From contig OY969564.1 in NCBI GenBank assembly GCA_963701095.1, positions 1,664,001-1,728,000 of the forward strand: a stretch of 64,000 nt of DNA, written 5' to 3'. Below, piece by piece: positions 1 through 11,811 of this stretch. The notes below the pieces were generated by a model that searched no databases, was not told the origin of the DNA, and saw nothing but the letters and a program-made list of their open reading frames with translations. Position numbers and translations under genes: made by a program. The stretch's first letter is position 1. Each line of letters starts with the position of its first letter. The DNA is from an uncultured Methanoregulaceae archaeon (GTDB taxonomy: Archaea > Halobacteriota > Methanomicrobia > Methanomicrobiales > Methanospirillaceae).

Positions 1-28
1 TGCCTGATTATTTTAATGGAGAGAAACA

Positions 29-604
29 ATGAGAAATGCCGGCCTGTTTTTGGGTTTTGTCCCGTTGATCGTCTATGGCATCCTCGCCGGAAGCTCCGTC
101 TCCAGCGTTTTGTATGCACTTGTTGCAGCAACTATCACTATCGTTGCAGTCGGCTGGAACGATCTCAGGAAAGGTAGAATCCTGATTTGGGCAAACCTTG
201 TGTTGTTCGGAAGCGCTTTCATTGCAATCGGCGTACTTGAAATGGCGTGGTTCATCCCGTATATGGGCGTCCTGATTTATGCAGTGCTTGCGGTAGTCAC
301 ACTTGGATCGATCCTTGCCGGGGTACCATTTACCCTGCAGTATGCCCGGGAAATGGTGGATAAAAAACTCTGGGAAAATCCCTTTTTCATCCGGATTAAC
401 GTCCTGATCACGGGCGTGTGGACGGGAGTCTTTCTGGTAAATTTCGGCCTGAACGTGATTATGCTTGTTATCGCGGGTACTCCCCGTGGCATCCTACAGG
501 TCACCACGTATGTCGTCCTCATTGGCGGGATCATCTTTACTCTTTGGTATCCGGAACACATCAGAAAGAGAGATGCTACCATATCCATCCATAACCCGGC
601 GTGA
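29..604 (+). CDS. Hypothetical integral membrane protein (about 6 TM helices)
   Basis: 191-aa ORF of consecutive hydrophobic segments with a PFTLQYARE..W..P.F..IN..IT.VW motif; function unknown. Confidence 0.7.
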   Translation: MRNAGLFLGFVPLIVYGILAGSSVSSVLYALVAATITIVAVGWNDLRKGRILIWANLVLFGSAFIAIGVLEMAWFIPYMGVLIYAVLAVVTLGSILAGVPFTLQYAREMVDKKLWENPFFIRINVLITGVWTGVFLVNFGLNVIMLVIAGTPRGILQVTTYVVLIGGIIFTLWYPEHIRKRDATISIHNPA

Positions 605-686
605 TTCTTATGAACTATTGGCGTGAACCTAAGAAAACAATACATTGTCAGCATACTGCTTAAGTGCCCAGGGAGTATGAGGAATT

Positions 687-1586
687 ATGAGAAACAACGA
701 CGAGAACCAACACACTACGGAGAACCTCGGTGCCTGGATAACAGAACGTATTCAGGAGTTCTGCCGGACATCCCCCGAGAACAGTCTGAAGAACAGAGGG
801 AATGACCGGGCCTGGGACGAACCCCTCGTCGGGTTCTCACGTGGGGGGGATTCGTTGTTCGAGTTGATGCAAAAGGATATCGGATCTCCTTATTTGCTCC
901 CGATAGAAATCTTCAGGAAATCTTTTCCGGATACAGACGCAAAGGCTGACGATCTCACGGTTATTTCCTGGATCCTTCCCCATATTCCGGAGACAATTGC
1001 GGATAATGCAAAGGAAACTTCACTTCCTTCTGAACGGTGGGCACGGGCGAAACATTTCGGATCCAAGTTTGATAAAATACTGTCCCGGTATGTTGTCGAT
1101 CTTTTGAAGCATGCAGGATACATGGCTGTTGCACCTCAGTACACACCTTTCTGTACCATTGGAATGTCACAAAAATACGGATTTGCCTCGGTCTGGTCTG
1201 AACGGCACGCAGCGTACGTATCCGGGCTTGGAACCTTTGGACTGTGTGATGGCCTTATCACGCCGAAAGGAAAAGCCATGCGTTGTGGATCGGTCATTGC
1301 ACGTGTGAAGATTCTGCCAACGCCAAGACCGTACACCAATCCTCACGCGTATTGCTTGCATTTCACGCATGACACGTGCAGAAAATGTATCACACGCTGT
1401 CCGGCAGGAGCAATCTCGGAAAAAGGCCACGATAAGAAAGTATGTAATGAATATTTGATGGGTATCACAAGTCCATACGTAAAATCCCAGTTCGGTATCG
1501 ATGATTATGGGTGCGGGTTGTGCCAGACAGGTGTACCCTGCGATTCCAGGAATCCGGTACGAAACGAGAGAGCAAAAGGGAACTGA
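687..1586 (+). CDS. Epoxyqueuosine reductase (QueG)/reductive dehalogenase-like 4Fe-4S protein
   Basis: WSERHAAYVSGLGTFG motif; CxxCxxxCP (CRKCITRCP) and CGLCQTGVPC Fe-S motifs. Confidence 0.8.
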   Translation: MRNNDENQHTTENLGAWITERIQEFCRTSPENSLKNRGNDRAWDEPLVGFSRGGDSLFELMQKDIGSPYLLPIEIFRKSFPDTDAKADDLTVISWILPHIPETIADNAKETSLPSERWARAKHFGSKFDKILSRYVVDLLKHAGYMAVAPQYTPFCTIGMSQKYGFASVWSERHAAYVSGLGTFGLCDGLITPKGKAMRCGSVIARVKILPTPRPYTNPHAYCLHFTHDTCRKCITRCPAGAISEKGHDKKVCNEYLMGITSPYVKSQFGIDDYGCGLCQTGVPCDSRNPVRNERAKGN

Positions 1587-1612
1587 ATCGTCTGCCAGAT
1601 TCCGCCCAAAAT

Positions 1613-2071
1613 TCAATATCCGTAGGATTTTCCGGTCATCTTATCCAGCAGAACCTTCACCAGACAAACCCTCTCCATCTCTTTTTCCGAAAAAGGGTGT
1701 GCCTCGCTGCTATAATGCCGCATGATGCAGTTCATCGCCGCACATTTTTCCCCGTATTCACTGAGGATCCGGGCAGTGCCGGTGCAGATAACGCTCTGGT
1801 ACTGCATCTCCCATGTACAGGGATTGTCACTTTTGATCGGGCCTGATGAGCGGTCCACCTCGATGCAACAGCGCGGGTTTTTCGTGAGCATATCGATCTT
1901 CTTTCCCACCGGCGATGAATGGAAATAAATGGCATTGTCCTCGTATGCAAAACACACCGGCACGACATATGGCCTATTCTCATCTGCCAGTGCTATCCGG
2001 CATACATCGGCACTCTTAAGGATCGCTTCCATCACGCTGCGATCACTAATCTCGCGGTCTTTCCTTCGCAT
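1613..2071 (-). CDS. Pyridoxamine 5'-phosphate oxidase-like FMN-binding protein (NimA family)
   Basis: MRRKDREI N-terminus, PYVVPVCF, IYFHS..G.K, YQSVICTG.A. Confidence 0.85.
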   Translation of the reverse strand: MRRKDREISDRSVMEAILKSADVCRIALADENRPYVVPVCFAYEDNAIYFHSSPVGKKIDMLTKNPRCCIEVDRSSGPIKSDNPCTWEMQYQSVICTGTARILSEYGEKCAAMNCIMRHYSSEAHPFSEKEMERVCLVKVLLDKMTGKSYGY

Positions 2072-2126
2072 ACTATTGATCTTTCTTCTGTTGGGCAGGG
2101 TACAATAAAAATGCCCGGGCGAACTA

Positions 2127-3214
2127 TCAGGCCTTCTGGTAAAGGGTCGTTCTCCGGGAGAGTGTCCGTCCCAGGTCTTCTGCTACCCGCTGCATCTCGG
2201 CCGGGTCCAGGTAATCCGTGTTGGTTGCCCCTGCCCCTTTGGAGATGCTTTCCTCAAACATCGTGCCGCCAAGGTCGTTTGCACCGGCGAGAAGACCCAG
2301 CTGCGCCATCTTTATTCCTTCTTTGACCCAGGATACCTGGATATTTTTGAAATTGTCCAAAAAGAGCCTGGCAACAGCAACCATCAGGAGATCTTCGCGG
2401 CCGGTCGCTCCTGCCCGTGCCAAACCGTCCCGGAATATCGGTGTGTTCATATGGATAAACGAAAGCGGGACAAACTCCGTAAACCCTCCGGTTTCATCCT
2501 GGATCTCCCGGAGGATGGCAAGGTGCCGGACCTGGTCTGCGACGTTCTCGCAGTGACCGTACATGATGGTCGCGGTTGTGGGAATGCCCATTTCGTGAGC
2601 TCCTGAATGATCCGCACCCATTCAGTGGTAGAAATCTTCTGGGGGCAGATCTGTTGCCGGACCGGGTCGACGAGGATCTCGGCAGCAGTCCCGCACATCG
2701 ATGCAAGACCCGCTTCTTTCATCGCCCTGAGCACCGATCTTGTATTGATCCCGCTCTTTCTTGCAGCGTAGGCGACTTCCATCGGATTGCTTGCGTGGAG
2801 ATGCACACCGGGTGCAGCTTCACTGATCCAGCGGTAGACGTCGATATAGGATTGCGCGGTAAATGCGGGATGCAGGCCGCTGACCGTGCAGATTTCGGTG
2901 ACATTCCGGGACTTTGCGAGCGCGGCTTTCTCCCGGATCACCGTTTCATCGTGGAAATAGCTGCCTTCTTCACCGGTTTTTTTGGAAAAACCGCAGAAAC
3001 CGCAGGCATTGACGCAGATGTTTGTTACGTTGATATTCTGATTGCGGACATAGGTTACAGCGTTACCAGCGACCTGTTCCCTTTTTTCGTCAGCGGCGGA
3101 TGCGATCTTCCAGACGTCGCGGTTCCGGGTTGTAAAAAGGCGTATTGCATCCTTTTCACTGATCCGGTTCCCGGCTGCCGCATCAGAGAGAATTGTTGAA
3201 AGTGCCCTGGTCAT
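2127..3214 (-). CDS. cofH: FO synthase subunit CofH (radical SAM); one frameshift at about 2600, probably a sequencing error
   Basis: NVTNICVNACGFCGF, GTAAEIL, TTATIMYGH, GANDLGGT; ORF 2447-3214 and ORF 2127-2621 join at ..IIQE/AHEMGI.. Confidence 0.88.
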
Positions 3215-3230
3215 GCCGTCCCCTTTCGTC

Positions 3231-3257
3231 TTAGTGTGTCACACTGTGTCATACTAA
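3231..3257. promoter_or_regulatory. Imperfect inverted repeat between divergent cofH and yunC; candidate operator
   Basis: TTAGTGTGTCACA-C-TGTGTCATACTAA, 11 of 13 arm positions complementary. Confidence 0.35.
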
Positions 3258-3334
3258 AAGTAAACCTATCGCATTGCTTCCTATTCACAGGATACTTATA
3301 ATACCCCCGACACCAACGTCCCTTCCTGAGAGTT

Positions 3335-3634
3335 ATGGAACAGGTCACCGTTCAGTTGTCGCGTAAGAAAGCCGAGGGATACGTCATCCCGCTGGGACCA
3401 GCGAATCTTGTCGCTGTCATTACCGATGTAGGTCTTGTTGGTTGCGGGGCATTTGATGTCGCTGCACTCGACTCGTTCAGCTACCCGGCGGCAAAAGTCC
3501 GCCCGGCAAACGGGCCGTCCATCGTAAACACCAGTGATATCCTGACCGGTATCGTAAAAGAAGTCAACCGGGGAGCGATGGGCCGCGGAATTAAAAACGG
3601 CATGACCGGCAAAGAAGCGCTGGAACTTTTGTGA
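3335..3634 (+). CDS. YunC family protein (DUF1805)
   Basis: GLVGCGAFDVAAL...PAAKV and GIKNGMTGKEALELL. Confidence 0.8.
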   Translation: MEQVTVQLSRKKAEGYVIPLGPANLVAVITDVGLVGCGAFDVAALDSFSYPAAKVRPANGPSIVNTSDILTGIVKEVNRGAMGRGIKNGMTGKEALELL

Positions 3635-3653
3635 TCCTGACAAATATAAAAAA

Positions 3654-5893
3654 TTATTTTCCGATTATTTCTCTGAATCTGATCGAGAACGCTGCACCTT
3701 CTTTTCCGGATACATTAACTTCCGCCCTGAGCTGGTGTCGTGCAAGGAAGTTTACCAGCTTAAGTCCAAGCGATTTCGCTGTTTTCGGATCAAAAGTCTC
3801 TGGCAATCCGATGCCATTGTCACGGACTGTCAGCGTATAGTACCCATCTTCTAAGATAAAGGTGACCCAGATTGTACACATTTTCTCCCGGGTCGATTTA
3901 CAATCAAAGGATTTGGGAAATGCGTACTTGAAAGCGTTGGTAATGAGTTCATTGACGATCAGCCCGCAGGGTGTGCTGCGATTGAGATCGAGACTGACAC
4001 CTTCCGCGTTGACAATCGTGTGAATATTTTTATCTGAGCGATATGTTGCACCAATCTGTTCGATGAGCGTTGAGAGGTATATTCCCATATCGACGCTTGA
4101 GAAGTTCCGGGTTTTATAGACGGTCTCATGAATAAGCGCCATGCTCCGTGCCCTGTTCTGGAGATCCCTTTTCAGGCGCTTTCCCTCAGCCGAATCTTCA
4201 TCAGCTCCCCTCCAGAGACAAAAGGGAGATAAATGACGCAAGGTTGTTCTTGACCCGGTGATGGATTTCAGCAAGGAGAACTTCTTTCTCTTCAAGTGAT
4301 GTGGTGAGCTTCGCTTCATTTTCCCGCAGTTCTTCACCGGTAACTGTAAGCTCTTCGTTAGCTGTCTCTATCTCGTGACTCCTCCGGATCAAATCCTCTT
4401 CTGCCAGTTTGCGTGTGGTAATGTCCGAAAAAAGCGCCATGAAATGTTCTTTTGCCTGGGAAGAGACGGAAATGTGCAACCACTTATTCACCGGCCTGAA
4501 ATTGATATCAAACGATTCCGACACGCCGGTTTCTGCCACCCTCCCGTAGATCTCAAACAATTCGGGGAACGTTTGTTTTATCCCGGGGAAAACCTCAGTA
4601 ACGGGTCTCCCGATAACAACGGGTACGCCAATAATCTGGTAAAATGCAGGATTAACCGCAAGATAGATAAAATCAACCGGATGTCCCTGTTTATTGTATA
4701 ACATGCGACAGTAGGCAAACCCCTCCATCATATTTTCAAAGAGCGTCCGGTACCGGTCCTCTGCACGTTTACGCATCATCGCTTCTGCTATCTGGCCCCC
4801 AATCAGTTCGAGTGACTGTATTATATCGAGTGTGAAACCGTCTTTTCTGAAACAGTTGATCTGAAGAGTTCCGATAATCTGCTGCACATTTTTCCGGATG
4901 GGAATAATGGCGACTGAAGCGAACCCCATGTGGATGCAGGTATTCCTTGGATGGTACCGTGGATCATCAGATTCGGGTAGTTCCAGGAGCGACGAAGAAT
5001 TATTTGTCCAGAAACTTCCGCCCGGAGTAAACAGCGGGTTATTGGGATCCGTCTTTCCTGAAATAACCAGCCCGCATGTGCACTCCAAGTTGATATCCCC
5101 ATTTTCGTCCCGGCAGATTTTGTCATCCTCAACTGGTGCCAGGGTGTTTTCCTTGAGAAGGAATTCTGTGGAGAATCCATCATGGACAAAATACGGGAAA
5201 TCGTCGCCGGTTCTGAGCCGAATACCGATGCAATCGGCCTGTGTTGCCTGTTTTAGTAAATTCAGGACACGCCGGAGAATGTCCTGGACATCAGTCGGTT
5301 CGTTGAGAACTCCGAGGACATCGGCCGAGAGCTGGCGGAACGCCTCTGCACGTTTACGATCGGTAATATCTCTGATGATCGAGAAAAGGACAGGTTCACC
5401 ATCCAGGTTCATGGAAAAAGAATTGATCTCCACCGGGAGATCCTGCCCGTCTTTTTTTCGATGAAGTGCCTCGAAGAGAACCCCTTTCGCATCGGCTTTT
5501 CTTATCTGTTGCTCAACCTTTGACCGGGGATCTGATGCACGAAGGTTAAAGAGAGTCATGCCAAGCAGCATGTCGTGGGAGAAGCCATAGACTTCGGAAG
5601 CTTTCTGGTTCGCCTCAATGATCCTCCCATCGCTCTTCCGGATGAAAAGCACGATATCCCGGGCATTCTCGGTAAATGTCTTAAAAATCTTCAGCCGCTC
5701 TTCAGCACGTTTTTGTTCAGTTATATCGGAAATAGCGAGGCGGACTACCGGGTTCACGTTCGTTCGTTTCATCCGGATGCAGTCCAACCGAGCATCAAAA
5801 AAAGAGCCGTCGTGTTTGCGTATTTTCACGTCAATGGTCTGCTTTCCTACGGAGAATATCCGGATCTATCCGCCTTTTTCTTCTTCGTGGCAT
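3654..5893 (-). pseudogene. PAS-GAF-PAS HisKA_2 sensor histidine kinase; frameshift at about 4203 and apparent 5' internal deletion
   Basis: EIHHRVKNNL H-box, NELITNAFKYAF, DNGIG; ORFs 4201-5829 and 3654-4337 join; ORF 5829 begins mid-PAS fold. Confidence 0.75.
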
Positions 5894-6098
5894 TATCTTT
5901 ACCAAATCGCCCACATCCGGGAATTCACTGTTTTTTCTGGGTCTGAACCCACCGTAGTTCTGGTAGTTATTATCTTCCTAGTCAATCCTTTGCTTTGATA
6001 TAATGAACAGGCGTGATTGCAAAATCGAATAAAGGAGTTTTTTAAGAAATTCCATTTCGGTAATATCACTTCATGAGGGACTATGCAGTCACAATCCG

Positions 6099-6125
6099 TG
6101 TATTAATATCATAAATATTAATACA
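6099..6125. promoter_or_regulatory. Perfect 11-bp inverted repeat in the divergent kinase/cheBR intergenic region
   Basis: TGTATTAATAT-CATAA-ATATTAATACA. Confidence 0.4.
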
Positions 6126-6296
6126 TTGTTATGAGCCCATTGCTTCCCGCTCACGGAGTTTCCGGCACACATCAATTATTATCCTAAAAAACAATAGAGC
6201 CCATATAAACTCGTCAGGATGTATCTAAAACCGAGAAATCCGACAATTTTTCCTGATGCCGTCAATCGAACCATCGTGGGTAAACGTGATGAGAAT

Positions 6297-9291
6297 ATGG
6301 CCGTGAAAAAGAAGAATCCCGGAACAATAAAAGCCAAAGCCGCAAAGAAACTCCCCGACGGGAATAAGGATCTCGATGTAAAAACCGGATTTCCCATTAT
6401 TGGTATGGGTGCATCGGCGGGCGGACTCGAAGCGTTTGAGATTTTCTTTAAGGAAATTCCTCCGAATAGCGGCATGGCGTTTATCCTTGTTTCGCATCTC
6501 GACCCCGGCCATGCAAGTATGCTTGTTGAAATCCTGCAAAGGATCACGAAAATCCCGGTGGTTGAGGCCGGGAACAACGTGATAGTCGAGCCTGACCATG
6601 TTTATATTATCCCGCCAAACCGGGAGCTGACCCTCTTCCACGGAACGATCCAACTCAACGTCCCGGGCCAGTTAAGGGGACAGCGGATGCCCATAGACAC
6701 GTTCCTCCGATCCCTTGCAGAAGATGCCGGGGAAAATGCTATAGCAGTGATCTTCTCGGGGAGCGGAATGGACGGGACGCTCGGTCTTCGGGCAGTGATT
6801 GGTGCCGGCGGCGTTTCCTTTGTGCAGGATCCCGTGACCGCAAAATACGACAGTATGCCTACGAGTGCCATCCAGAGTGGTCTTGCAACCTTTATTCTCC
6901 CCGTAGAAAAGATGTACAAAGAAATTGCAGATTATGTGCATAATTACCAGATCCGGAAAATTCCCACTCCTCTGCCGGTCCCGGAAGGAAAACATCCATT
7001 TACCAAAATCCTGATGGTCCTCCGTACAAAGACCGGTCATGACTTTTCTCTCTATAAACAGACCACGATCCGCCGCCGCATAGAACGGCGTATGGATATG
7101 CATAGTATCGAAGACCCCGATGCATATGCCCGGTACCTCACTGAGAACCCGTCCGAGGTTCACCTTCTTTTCAAAGAACTGCTCATCAACGTAACCAGTT
7201 TCTTCCGTGACCCGGAAGCATTCGAGATCCTCAAATCCGAAATCCTCCCCGAGATTTAGAAAACAAACCTGAAAACTATATTTTCAGGATATGGGTGGCC
7301 GGTTGTGCAACAGGCGAAGAAGCCTATTCTATCGCTATGATCTTCCGGGAATGCCTGGATACAGCCCGGCACCCGTTCAAAGTCCAGATCTACAGCACCG
7401 ATATCAACGAAGACGCTATCGCAATTGCCCGGAGCGGGATATATCCTCCGAATATCTCAATTGATATCACCCCGGAAAGGCTCAGGCGGTTTTTTACCAA
7501 AGAGGAAACCGGATTCCGGGTAAAAAAGAGATCCGGGAGATGGTCGTATTTGCCATACAGGATGTAATTAAGGACCCCCCGTTCACCCGGCTCGATTTGC
7601 TCAGTTGCCGTAATCTCATGATCTATTTTGAACCGGAACTTCAGAGCCGGTTGATCCCGACGTTTCACTACGCCCTGAACCCTGGCGGAATCCTTTTCCT
7701 TAGCCCATCAGAAAGTATCGGGCGGTTCACCGATCTCTTTTCTCCCATAAGCAGGAAGTGGAAATTCTACCATTCCCGACAGTTAATCAGCTCCACCCGC
7801 ACAGAAGGACGGTATAATCTCCCCGCTACACCTGTACAGATCGGTTTTGGAAAGCCGGAGCTTGCCGTGAAACCAAACGAAACAAACTTCGTCGAACTTA
7901 CCCGGCGCATTCTCCTCCAGAACTATGCACCTCCTTCGGTAATTATCGATTATGAGGGAAATACTCTCTACGTACAGGGCGACACCGGGAATTATCTCCG
8001 TCCTGCTCCTGGCCATGCAAACCTCAATATTATTGATATGGCCCGTGACGGATTGCAGCTGGGATTACGGAAAGCCATCAATACCGCGATAAAGAATAAG
8101 ACCCCTGCAATCGCCCGGGGACTCTCCGTAAAGACAAACAGTGGCATCCATCATGTCGATATTACGGTCAGATCTCTCACAGATCCCGGAACATCAAAAG
8201 AACTCCTGATCGTGAGTTTCCTAGACGCCAAAGAGCGGGACACAGAAAAAAACCCGCACCGGAAGACGCCGGAACGGAAGGGGCAGTCGAAACGCATAGA
8301 TGAGCTCGAGCAGGAGCTGCTGTATACCAAGGAAAACGTGCAGTCAAACATGGTCGAGATGCAGGCTGCAAACGAGGAACTCAAATCCACAAACGAAGAA
8401 CTCCAGTCAACGAATGAAGAACTGCAATCGACAAACGAAGAACTCGAAACCTCAAAGGAAGAACTCCAATCCGTCAATGAAGAGATTGTAACCGTCAATG
8501 CTGAACTGCAGGCAAAGATCGAACAGCTCACCAATATTCAGAACGATATGAAAAACCTCCTCGACAGTACAAACATAGGAACCATTTTCTTATATGAGAA
8601 CCTTGCTGTGAAACGGTTCACCAAGGATGCAATGCAGGTCTTCAGGCTGGTTGCTTCTGATGTGGGTCGTCCCCTTGCTGATATCAAGTCTACTATCATT
8701 TCCGAGGATATTGTGACCGATGCCCAGGAAGTATTGGATACCATGATCCCCCGGGAAAAAGAGATGCAGACCGCGGATAACAAGTGGTATCTCGCCCACT
8801 TTACTCCTTACCGGACATTAGAGAACGTGATCGAAGGAGTGGTGATCACCTTCACCGATATCACTGCCATAAAATCAATGGAGTCTGAGATCCGCCGGGC
8901 CCGTGAGCTTGCGGAAAACGTCATCAATACCATACGTGAGCCGCTTGTTGTGCTTGATCCTGAGTTTAAGGTCGTCTCCGCAAGTGGATCGTTCTATACT
9001 ACCTTCAGGACATCAGCGGTGGAAACGATCGGCAAAAACCTCTTTGAGCTTGGTAACCACCAATGGAATATTCCAAAGCTCCGTGAACTGCTGGAAACGG
9101 TTCTTCCCCAGAAAACCAGTTTTGAAAATATCGAAGTTGACCATGTATTCCCCGGTATAGGGAGACGCAAAATGCTCCTGAATGGCCGCCGGATTATGAG
9201 CGACCGTGGCGAATCCCGTCTCATCCTCCTTGCAATAGAAGACATTACCAACCAATTACCGGTAAAAGAGAGGAAAGGCAGGGGCACATAA
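6297..9291 (+). CDS. cheBR: CheB methylesterase/CheR methyltransferase/coiled-coil/PAS fusion; frameshifts at about 7257 and 7525
   Basis: GASAGG, SHL and SGSGMDG (CheB Ser/His/Asp); INVTSFFRDP, GCATGEEAYS, CRNLMIYF (CheR); NEELQST heptads; PAS_10-like C-terminus. Confidence 0.88.
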
Positions 9292-9459
9292 AGTATGCCC
9301 GGAGAGAAATTCATTTCAATGATACATCGCATTTTTTTAAAACTTTTTCGATTGAAAACTTCTGTTAAACGAAAAAAATCTACGCATTATCGCTATGTTT
9401 ATCCTGTTAACGCTATATCTCACACCATTACGTGCGCCTGGTCTTTGTTTTTGCCTGAG

Positions 9460-10900
9460 ATGATCGAAAACGAAAAAGAACCCCCCACACACATCTGATA
9501 AGGCGGAAAAATCCGTCAATAATCCCCCCGATACATCAGGCGCTGTAAACTTCTCCGGTAACAGCTCCCTTAAAAGGGAAAAGACACGATCCAACGAAGA
9601 AGAGATCGAGCACAACAAGGGCCTGCGCCAGGCTGCAGAAGCACGTCTCGAAAAGGATCAGACTCCTTTCCCTGATATCAATACCTTGACCTCAGCAGAA
9701 GTAGGTACATGAACTTCGTGTCCATCAGATCGAACTGGAAATGCAAAACGAAGCACTTCGTGAATCGCAGTCTTCGTTAGAAGAGTCCCGTGACCGTTAT
9801 GCCGACTTGTACGAATTTGCCCCTCTCGGGTACCTGACGCTCACTAAAAATGCCGTTATAATTCAGGCGAATCTCACAGCCGCAACTATGTTTGGGATTG
9901 ACCGGCGGAAACTTATCAAAAGCCGGTTCGGGCAATTGGTCGCTGATGAGCATCGTGATCGCTGGAATCATTATTTCGCCAGTATCCTGCGTGCAGCAGA
10001 CAAGAGGGTATGTGAGTGAAGCTCAAGAAACAGGGCGGTTCGGTAATTATTGTGAGGCTCGAAGGCATCCGTATGATGCCCAAGGATGTAGAACCAAACA
10101 TTCGCATGGCAATCAGCGATATTACCGATCGTGTGAAAGCTGAGGAGAACCTCGCTGTTAAAAACCGCGATCTTGATGAACTTAAAGCCGCTTACGCAAC
10201 AATTACCATAGACGAGGAAAAACTGCGGCAGAACGAGGCAAAACTAAAAGTGGCACTTGAAGAAAAAGAGGCGCTGCTCTCTGAGGTCCATCACCGGGTC
10301 AAGAATAACCTGACCGCTTTTCTTTCTCTTATGAGTCTTGACAGTGGCTGTGAGAAAACCGAAGATGGAAAGGCGCTTAGACGGAATCTCCAGAACCGGG
10401 CTCGAAGCATGGCCTTAATCCACGACACCCTGTACCGTACAGGGAAATTCTCCCACGTTGATATGGACATCTATCTGCATACTCTTATCGGCCAGATCGC
10501 CGGAACGTATACAAAAGATTCAAAAATCAGGACCGTGGTTGACGTCCAAAGCGTAGCACTCGAGCTTGATCGGGCTACCCCTGCCGGACTGATCATCAAC
10601 GAACTGGTGACCAACTCTTTTTTGTATGCATTCCCGCCGGATTTTGATTGTATGGCAGTCCGGGGAGAACCCTGTACCATCCGGGTATCGCTTGTTCACA
10701 AGAATGGAACGGACATACTTATTGTTTCTGATAACGGCCGGGGGTTACCGGAGAGCGTGGATCCGTATACAGCAAAATCACTCGGCCTCAAACTGGTCAA
10801 TTTCCTCGCCCACCACCAGTTGAGAGCTGATATTGAGGTCAGGAAGGACAGAGGCATAGAGTTTATTTTCCATCTGAAGAACACCGGGAATAATGAATGA
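9460..10900 (+). CDS. PAS-HisKA_2 sensor histidine kinase, split by three single-base frameshifts (about 9485, 9705, 10016)
   Basis: Reconstructed LRQAAEARL..VHELRVHQIELEMQNEALRES..YEFAPLGY; EVHHRVKNNL, NELVTN, DNGRG. Confidence 0.78.
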
Positions 10901-11230
10901 CCGGACAAACCATCCAAATCGGTGAAGATGAAGGCCTGATCCCCCTTTTGAAAATTTTTTAATCAACGATCAACGAAATAGTGTCCGGAAATCCCCTTTC
11001 TAATACATCTCTTTATCGTATCACTCACCAATTGAGAAGTATCCTTATGCAACATACTGAAAAAAAGATAAAATTAATCCGTGACAAGTTAAGCAGAATT
11101 GGCATCGGAGAAAAGGGCCTTGATGATAAGGCCATTCTTGCATCGTATAACATCAACACCTTTGGTAACCTGTGTTCGGTTCCAAGGATATCCAATAAGC
11201 TGCCAGGTTCTCATTAGGGAGGGTGACTAC

Positions 11231-11497
11231 ATGAAAAAGGAAGAGTTACTGCATCTCCATATGTTGATGTTCCTCATCAACCTGTATTTCAAAGACATCC
11301 TCAATGACGAAATTCTTACGGAGCACTACGATTCCCTTGCACTCCATCCCTCCCATATTCACAAAGATAAAATCGCCCATAGTGACGCTCTCTTCATTCT
11401 CGGGGACGAAATTGTTTCCCATGTGAACCACCGAAAAGTGCCGGTTATAAACTATCCTTACCTGACTGTATTACCTCTGGCTGCAATAGAAAATTAA
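11231..11497 (+). CDS. UPF0058 family protein
   Basis: MKKEELLHLH..Y..L..HPSHIHK.K..H..A.F.LG motif; GGGTGA RBS before ATG 11231. Confidence 0.8.
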   Translation: MKKEELLHLHMLMFLINLYFKDILNDEILTEHYDSLALHPSHIHKDKIAHSDALFILGDEIVSHVNHRKVPVINYPYLTVLPLAAIEN

Positions 11498-11664
11498 CTT
11501 TTTTTTCGTTGACAGTGTTCAACCAGGAGAAAACAGATTCGCCATCAATGCAGTCGAAATTTCGAGTGTTCTGAAAAAAGGGGTAATCGAGCATGGGTCG
11601 ATTGCATCGCCACATGCAGGAACCCGGTTGTCTACTGGATTTACCTAGAATGCACCAAAGCGAA

Positions 11665-11811
11665 CTACTTTCTCGGGGTTGGCGTTGCCCAGGGATTGGG
11701 GAAATCGCGGTGGCATTGCTTACAATGCAGCTTCGGCGTAATTTCTGCCGTGCGCCACTTGAGGTCGCAATAGGGACAGCTGAAAAGATGGTCTTTACCA
11801 AAATCTGACAT
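11665..11811 (-). CDS. 48-aa zinc-ribbon microprotein (not in ORF track)
   Basis: Translated by hand: MSDFGKDHLFSCPYCDLKWRTAEITPKLHCKQCHRDFPNPWATPTPRK*; CPYC and CKQC; AGGT upstream of ATG. Confidence 0.6.
   Translation of the reverse strand: MSDFGKDHLFSCPYCDLKWRTAEITPKLHCKQCHRDFPNPWATPTPRK

Noticed and set aside
8370..8480. 21-nt tandem repeats that could suggest a CRISPR array or VNTR
   Set aside because: They encode the usual NEELQST heptads of CheBR proteins; no spacers and no cas genes
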